Assembly: GCA_963776345.1 (NCBI GenBank)
Contig: CAVZMH010000014.1
Coordinates: 64,001 to 128,000 of the forward strand
DNA: 64,000 bases
Reading direction: 5' to 3'
Source: an uncultured delta proteobacterium
GTDB taxonomy: Bacteria; Myxococcota; Myxococcia; Myxococcales; Myxococcaceae
Below the pieces are notes generated by a model. The model was not told the origin of the DNA and did not search any database. It was given only the letters and a program-made list of their open reading frames with translations. Shown here piece after piece: positions 57,868-64,000 of the stretch (position 1 is its first letter; the number at the start of each line of letters is the position of its first letter). The position numbers were made by a program, and so were the translations under genes.

Positions 57868-58608
57868 ATGCGCGAGTGGAGCAACGTCTTCATCCGGTCG
57901 TTCCGCGCAGCCGGTCGGCGTGCGCTCTTCCGGGCCCTCCCGCCAGGAAGCCGTTTGCCGTTCGAGTACTGGCTTGCCCGGGTCCGGGGTTCGATCGAGC
58001 CCGAACTGCGTTACCTCCATCTGTTCTGTCCACATCAAGGCTGCGCCGTTGATGTAGGTGCGCACCGCGGCCACTACGCCTACCGCCTCTCGAAGCTTGC
58101 CCGGAGTGTTGTGGCCTTTGAGATAAACCCAGAACTTCTGGTTGACCTCGAAGCGTACAACCCGGGGAATTTGCGAATCATCCCAGTCGGCCTCTCTTCT
58201 ACTACGGCTGAATTGCCGCTGTTCATACCAATCCGTGATGACAGACCTCTGACCGGCTGGGCAAGTCTCGATCCGGCCAACCTCCCTGGCGCGTCGAGCT
58301 ATCTCACTAGACTCTCGCGCGTAACTACCCTGGACAGCTTCGACCTCGATCATGTCACGTTCGTCAAGATCGATGTCGAAGGACATGAGTTGGAGGTGCT
58401 TCGAGGAGCTGAAAAGACCCTCGCAAAGTGGCGACCGATGCTTCTGGTCGAAGTTAAGTCCCACAACTCAGCTGTTGTCGAGGAGTTCCTGACGAACAGG
58501 GGATATTTGAGGCGAAACCTTCAAGACTTGATCGGTGTCCCCGGTTCCCCGGAAAACGCCATCTTCGTCGCGGCCGGAATGGTCAACACTCACAATGAAC
58601 CAGAGTAG
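57868..58608 (+). CDS. FkbM family methyltransferase
   Basis: DVGAHRG, VAFE, VKIDVEGHE. Start uncertain. Confidence 0.9.
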   Translation: MREWSNVFIRSFRAAGRRALFRALPPGSRLPFEYWLARVRGSIEPELRYLHLFCPHQGCAVDVGAHRGHYAYRLSKLARSVVAFEINPELLVDLEAYNPGNLRIIPVGLSSTTAELPLFIPIRDDRPLTGWASLDPANLPGASSYLTRLSRVTTLDSFDLDHVTFVKIDVEGHELEVLRGAEKTLAKWRPMLLVEVKSHNSAVVEEFLTNRGYLRRNLQDLIGVPGSPENAIFVAAGMVNTHNEPE

Positions 58609-58614
58609 CTCACT

Positions 58615-58772
58615 GGCGAGGTGCACCCCGGCCTCGAGGAACCGCCGCCAGGCGTAGGCGCCCGCGAGCCTTGCGCGTCCGAGTCGCTTCTCGGCCCACG
58701 GCATGTCGCTGGTCGCGGCCGGAGCGACGCCAGCCCGGGCGTACGCCTCGAGGACGTCGTGGTTCGCGGCGT
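58615..58772 (-). pseudogene. Remnant of the amidohydrolase gene with an internal 96-bp deletion
   Basis: 58615-58713 matches 50356-50454 and 58714-58772 matches 50551-50609 ([27 protein letters not shown]). Confidence 0.88.
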
Positions 58773-58892
58773 GACCATGGCCCGTAGGGCTCTCGAGCCC
58801 GCGAAGGAGATGGCCGACCGGTTGGGACCACGGGCGTTGAGGCACGCAGCCGAGCGAGACACCGCGAGACGCAGGGGCGGAACAAGCATGGA

Positions 58893-60404
58893 ATGGCGGC
58901 TGTGCTCAATTGGTTCGTTCCAGTACGATCGGCCACGGTGGCTCGCAGTCGACCTCCGCGCATCCGACTTGCACCCGTGCCCAACGGGGGGTGGCTGCTG
59001 CTGGTCGTGAGCGCAGGGGGTTCTTATCCGCTGCAGCTCGGTCCTGGGACGACCCGGTTACCGTCAGGAGCCGAGATCCTCGTCGAGGGCGACCGGCTTC
59101 AGCTTCGTGCAGGGAGCATCGGGGCAACGGTAAACGACGTCGAGGTACAAGCTCCGACGTCCCTGCACGTCGGTGACTTGCTCAGCCAGGCCGAGCTTCA
59201 GTTCCTCGTACTGCCGGCGCCTGCCAGCGCCCCGCCGTGGGAGCCTGCGCTTCTTGAACACGGGGTCTGGCAGCGTAGGCTCGAGGAAGAAGTGGAAGCA
59301 GCAGACGAGCCCTTTGCAGTCCTGCTAGGGCGTTCGGGGGCCTTTGCACCGGCATTCCTGTCCTCGGCGCTCGCCGACTTCTCCCCGGTGCGAGGGGTTC
59401 GTCAGATCGCGGGGGTCTTCGGTCGGAATGCGCTCGAGGTCCTTGTCATCGGTGACCTCGAGGGCGTCGACCGTTTTCGGCAGTTTGTCTCCGAGCGTGC
59501 CGCCAGGGAGGAGGAGACGGTACGCTGGGGCGCGGCGTGGTTCCCCAGGCACGGGGCGACCGCAGAGGAACTCTGGTCCGTCGCGGTGGACCGACTTCTC
59601 GGTCTGCAGGCGCTGGAGCCGCCGGAGCTGGTCTGGAGCGACCCGTGCATGACCCGGCTCCGTGCGTTTGCCGATCGCTGGTCCCGGCGGCGTGCCCTTG
59701 CCCTGGTCGGGGCGGAGGGAGTCGGCCGCGAGAGCCTCGTGCGACTCATCCGCGCCTCGGCCGCACCTGGAGCTCCGTTCATCGTGCATCGAGGATCTCG
59801 GTTTGAGCCAGCGAGGTGGAGGGAGGACGTGGCCCGAGCGGCCGGCGGCTCCCTTCACGTGCGGCGTCCCGAAGTGCTTCCCGAGGGAGAGCGGCTCGCC
59901 TTTTGGAGCGCGACGAGTTTCCGGCCTTCCGGCGGCGTCGCGGTCGGCGTGCGGGCGTCGCAACTACCCGAGGACCGAATTGTCATCCCAGGGCTGGCGG
60001 ACCGTCCAGCCGACGTCGCTCCTATTTCAGAGTTGGTACTCCATGCCGTCGACGCGCAGCTCGGACGCCGAAGATCGAGCCTGCGCTCAGAGACGCGCTC
60101 GCTACTCCAGGGAATCCGAGCGCGGGAAAATGTACGCACCCTCAGGAATATGGTCATCAGAGCAGCCCTGACCGCGACAGGCACAGAGGTTCGTCCCGAG
60201 CACCTCGACCTGTCTTCGGAAATTACAGAGTTTTCCGGGGTACGCGCAAAGCTGCGCGAAACCGAGCGACGAGAAATCGAAGCAGCGCTCCACGGAAGCG
60301 GATGGAATGTGACGGAGGCAGCGCGCAGAATGAAACTACCGCGCAGGACCCTCGTGTACCGGATGGCGCGACTGGGCGTGCGGCGCCCAGGAGGCACCAT
60401 CTGA
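58893..60404 (+). CDS. FHA-like / degenerate sigma54-AAA / Fis-HTH regulator
   Basis: GATVND...LHVGD (FHA-like), GAEGVGRE, ENVRTLRN, GWNVTEAARRMKLPRRTLVYRM. Confidence 0.75.
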   Translation: MAAVLNWFVPVRSATVARSRPPRIRLAPVPNGGWLLLVVSAGGSYPLQLGPGTTRLPSGAEILVEGDRLQLRAGSIGATVNDVEVQAPTSLHVGDLLSQAELQFLVLPAPASAPPWEPALLEHGVWQRRLEEEVEAADEPFAVLLGRSGAFAPAFLSSALADFSPVRGVRQIAGVFGRNALEVLVIGDLEGVDRFRQFVSERAAREEETVRWGAAWFPRHGATAEELWSVAVDRLLGLQALEPPELVWSDPCMTRLRAFADRWSRRRALALVGAEGVGRESLVRLIRASAAPGAPFIVHRGSRFEPARWREDVARAAGGSLHVRRPEVLPEGERLAFWSATSFRPSGGVAVGVRASQLPEDRIVIPGLADRPADVAPISELVLHAVDAQLGRRRSSLRSETRSLLQGIRARENVRTLRNMVIRAALTATGTEVRPEHLDLSSEITEFSGVRAKLRETERREIEAALHGSGWNVTEAARRMKLPRRTLVYRMARLGVRRPGGTI

Positions 60405-60878
60405 TCGCCACCGGGTCGGAAGGCCACGACTGTGCGCAAAGAAGCGTGGCTCTCCGATGTGCCGAGTCTCCGATCGCCGAACCCCACGGCGGAGGAAAGT
60501 GACCTGACCCGCGTCCAACAACGCGCGGATCTGATCTAGGGTTGCGGCGTGGATGCCCCTGTTGTCCGAGAGCGCCCGGAAATGACTGAAAAGCCCTTGC
60601 GCGGCATCACTCGCGAGCGCGATTGGACATACATGGTCGGAGCGTCCCGGGCACCGGCCCTTCACAGTGAGTCTACGTCTCCGGGCATCTATTGAACGAA
60701 TGCGGAACATAGGTTGGGCAGTTCGACTTACGCCTCGTAGATGGCTCGTACGAGGACGCGTCCTCTCGTGAGACCCGACTCGTGGTGGGTGCGCCCTGGC
60801 TCTAGCCGGGCGGATACCGCGTGGTGCTGGCGGATTACGAATGGCGCAGCTGATCCAGCCCGGTGGGGCGGCTAGCCT

Positions 60879-61985
60879 GTGAAGCGGTTTCGTTTCTTCT
60901 CATCGCGAGACTGGCTTCCGGCAGGGACGCCTCACGTTCCTTACTTGTCGCCGTTCTGGGGAGCACCGGCTAGAAGACCCACGCGATCCACAGCGGGCGC
61001 GCACGACCGGTGGCTCGCAGTCGGGCGAGAGGTAGCCGAGGAATCGGCGCTGGGGGTTGCGGAAGCGGCGATGCTCCCGTTCGACTGGACGGAAGCAACG
61101 AAGTCGAGGCACCACCGCGAGGTTGCCATGCGGGCGCTATCGGAGAGCCGAAAAGCTGGAAAGCCGCTGTTGGTCTTCTTCTGGAACGACGATTCCCAGG
61201 ACCTCGGTCTGGACGGAGCGATCATTCTCAGGACCTCCGCGAACCGGGGACCAAAGTACGGCGTCGTCGAGTTCGCATGCCCGAGCTGGCAAGAAGACCC
61301 CAGACGTTGGGTGACGGAGCGGGGTTCCGTTGAGGAGAAGTCCCACATGCCGCCATCCATATCCTTCTGCGGTTACGTGGGGCGGCCGTCAGGATGGCGA
61401 GCCACGGCAAAGGAACTGCTCCGGACTTCGCTCGGTCGCTTTCATCCCATCGTTCCCCAACTTCGTCAAACGCCCCTCGAGCTTCGCCGCGCCGCCCTCG
61501 CGGTTCTCGGCCGCGACCGCCGGTTACGAACCCAGTTTATCACTCGCCAGTCCTTCTATGGAGGGGCCCTTCGCCGACGAGCGAAACTGGGACTATGAAC
61601 AGAAGGCGCTGGTAAGAGCCGAATACGTAGAAAACATATGTTCCGCAGATTACGTACTGTGCGTCCGTGGCACAGGAAATTACTCGATGCGCTATTTTGA
61701 TACTTTCGCACTCGGGCGGGTGCCTGTGGTCTGATCGACACTGGGGGGGGCTTCCCTTACGACTTTCGAAGTGAACTTGGCACTCGCGTGGACCGTGGAT
61801 CTCGGTAGACGAGCTTGCTCGTCTTCCGGAGGTCATTGCTCGAGTTCCATCATCGCCACACAGCAGAAACGCTCCAGACGCTAAAGGATGAGAATCGCGG
61901 GCTTTGGGAACATTGGCTGTCTTCGGAGGGCTTCTTCCGTGAACTGCCTCGCCACCTCGAGCGCGCGAGAGGTCAGCGCGGATGA
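60879..61985 (+). CDS. Exostosin (GT47)-like glycosyltransferase, several frameshifts
   Basis: ISFCGY, then in shifted frames YVLCVRGTGNYSMRYFDTFALGRVPV and LWEHWLSSEGFF, ending in ATGA overlap with the next gene. Confidence 0.68.
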
Positions 61986-63171
61986 GCGGGCTCAAACTTC
62001 GCATCGCAATCGACTTTACCGGATTCGAAGAGTTGAGTGTCGCCGTAGGACAGTTCCGGTATCTCTTGAGTTTGGTACATGGGCTCGCTCCGCGACTCTC
62101 TTCCGGGGAAGGATGGCTCTTGAGTCCGGCGTCCAATCTACCGGATGAACTGCAACCGTACTGCGCGCCGAAGGGACCGTTCCGATACCGTAAGGTTGCA
62201 CGCCCGTGGCTTCGCGAGCCGCTTAGTCTCACGCACATCTCGCGCTATGCCATTGCCCAGGAACTCCGGCTTGACGTGCTGCACGCAGTTCACGCCTTCC
62301 TGCCAATCATCGCCCCCTGTGCGATGGTGTTGACGATTCATGATCTCATGCCAGAGATCTTTCCGGAGTACGATACTTGGGCACGGGAGCCGAGCGTACC
62401 GGTATTATCGTTACCTTGCCCGCGAGCGGGCTGATGCCTTGGTGTGCGTGTCAGAAACGACCGCAGAGGACGTCCGGTCGCGATGGAGGGTTGCTGAAGA
62501 AAGAATCTTTACCGCGCCACTGGCTATTGCTGCTTTCCCTCGGGAGAATATCGCCCTTCCTCCAAGTGTTCCGACAGACCGGTCGCTGGATCTTGTCGCC
62601 CTACAATCTCGAACCGCGAAAGAATCTGCGTCGGTTGCTCGAGGCGTTTGCGCAGGTGCCGGATCCCCGGGATGAAATGCGACTCGTGCTGTTCGGCCGT
62701 GCAGCGCATACTCCAGAGCGGGAGCGCGAGTTCGACGACCTCCTAGCGCGCTTGTCTATTGGACGAAAAGTGATTCGGACTGGATTCGTTTCGGATGCGG
62801 CGCTCGCAACGATGTATCGCCGGTGCACAGTGTTTGTATTCCCCTCGCTCTACGAGGGCTTTGGTCTGCCGGTTCTAGAGGCAATGGCGAATGGCGCCTG
62901 CGTCGTCGTCGGGGATCGGAGCGCGATGAAGGAAGTCGTCGATCAAGCAGGCGTGTTGATGGACGTCGACTCTCCTTCGGCCATGGCGAGGGCGATCATC
63001 ACAACCCTCGCGGATGAGCGCGGGCGCCAGAGGCTCTCCGAGAAGGCGCGCGCCCGGAGTACGGCGTTCACCCTCGAGCGCTTGGCTGACCAGACAATCG
63101 CCGCCTACCGCTTTGCCTCGCGCCAATTCGTGAGTCGTATGGGAAGTCGCCTTGATAAGGCGCCGAAGTAG
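61982..63171 (+). CDS. GT4 family glycosyltransferase, frameshifts at about 62390 and 62585
   Basis: LTIHDL, ADALVCVSETT, EPRKNL, FPSLYEGFGLPVLEAMA spread over three frames. Confidence 0.85.
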
Positions 63172-63267
63172 AAAGAAGAGCGGCGCCGACCGAGGCAGGT
63201 TCCTGCCCCCGTGGCGCCGGAACCTGTCCGGCCCCGACGGCCCGGCCCCCCCCATCCCTGGGCCGAG

Positions 63268-64000
63268 TGTAGTGCTCCCCTGAGATCAAGCCACACGTGA
63301 GACTTCCGCTCGGTACTCCCTCGGGCTCCTGTAGCCGAGTGCTTGATGAGGCCTGCCGTCGTTGTACCAGTCGATCCAGCGCGCGATGGTAGCCCGCAAG
63401 GTCCCGAAGCGGGCGATGCACGCCTCCTCGATGGCTCGCTCCGCCTCCTTGGCGCGCCCACGAAGCGCAAACTCGTAGCCGATGACTTCCCGGTCGTGGC
63501 AGTCAATCACCGCGGCCAGATGCGCCCAGCCGTCGCCGCCGCAGGGCACGTGCGTCATGTCCATCGCCCAGCGCTGGTTGCTCTGCTCAGCCTGGCTCCG
63601 CTTCCCATGCACGCGTGGCCGGGGCGTCCAGGTGCGCTGATGGACAAACCAACGCTTCTGCTCCAGCACTCGGTAAACGGCCTTCCGGTTGATGCGGACG
63701 CCTTGGCGAAAGCGCAGCATCGCCCAGATGCGCCGGTAGCCGAACGTCGGGTGCTCGTGGATGAGCGAGCCGATTCGGGCAACCAGGAGCTCGTCGAGCA
63801 CGGGCGCGGGCGCACGCACTAGCCGACGCGGTCGTGACCGCGCCACGTGGAGGATGCGGCACGCCTGACGTTCGGACAGGTCCGGCATCGCCGCCCTCAC
63901 TCGTCCGACGTCTTCGGCACAAAAGGGCGGTCCTTGGTCGCCTCCCGCAGAACGTCGTTCTCGAGCACCAGCTCGCCGACCTTCTGCTTCAGCTTCCGGA
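63268..64000 (-). mobile_element. IS3-family element, partial and internally deleted
   Basis: Terminal TGTAGTGCTCCCC at 63268; OrfA tail LKQKVGELVLENDVLR with CCCTTTT slip-like site; OrfB follows. Confidence 0.88.
63286..63900 (-). pseudogene. IS3 OrfB lacking the central part of the DDE core
   Basis: FGYRRI, WAMDMT, VIDCHDRE, then FGTLR joins directly to ATIARWIDWYN...RPHQALGY; no SDNG or ER segment. Confidence 0.8.

Noticed and set aside
60865..60878. ops/JUMPstart element before the glycosyltransferases (GGCGGCTAG)
   Set aside because: It does not match GGCGGTAG, and such sequence is common in GC-rich DNA.
63196..63226. Hairpin CAGGTTCC...GGAACCTG after the GT4 gene as a terminator
   Set aside because: Long loop and no U-tract; not supportable.

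Overview
High-GC window that looks myxobacterial (Anaeromyxobacter/Myxococcales-like; inferred from an oar-mlpA-like pair, a Ser/Thr kinase, an FHA/sigma54-like regulator and CXXCH-type NrfA). 1-53.6 kb is mostly backbone: M16 peptidase, coiled-coil protein, racemase, hemW, CHASE3 kinase, DoxX, TPR/DUF3857 lipoprotein, kinase, UDG, ArsR and LuxR regulators, TonB receptor, NatAB-like ABC, plsC, lhr, ligD, hutF, argE, mfd, two TA-like pairs, ABC permease, amidohydrolase and nrfHA. The strongest non-genic signal is a 23-nt hairpin repeat, GTAA-CGAGGTG-YTTGG-CACCTCG, with about 25 full or near-full copies plus half copies at 11 loci. It directly flanks an HUH/Y1 (RAYT-like) transposase at 31560-32486, forms head-to-tail arrays with stuttered flanks, and has invaded the lhr coding sequence, where it reads GNEVLGT. 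A second, unrelated 51-63 nt nested palindrome occurs twice, 42 kb apart. From 53.6 kb the DNA is less GC-rich and island-like. It carries an MBOAT fragment, carrier protein, class II aaRS-like ligase and GNAT bracketed by a 750-bp diverged direct repeat of nrfA, then FkbM methyltransferases, a shredded copy of the neighbouring amidohydrolase, glycosyltransferases and an internally deleted IS3. Several single-base frameshifts may be sequencing errors. All calls come from reading motifs by eye; no searches were run.
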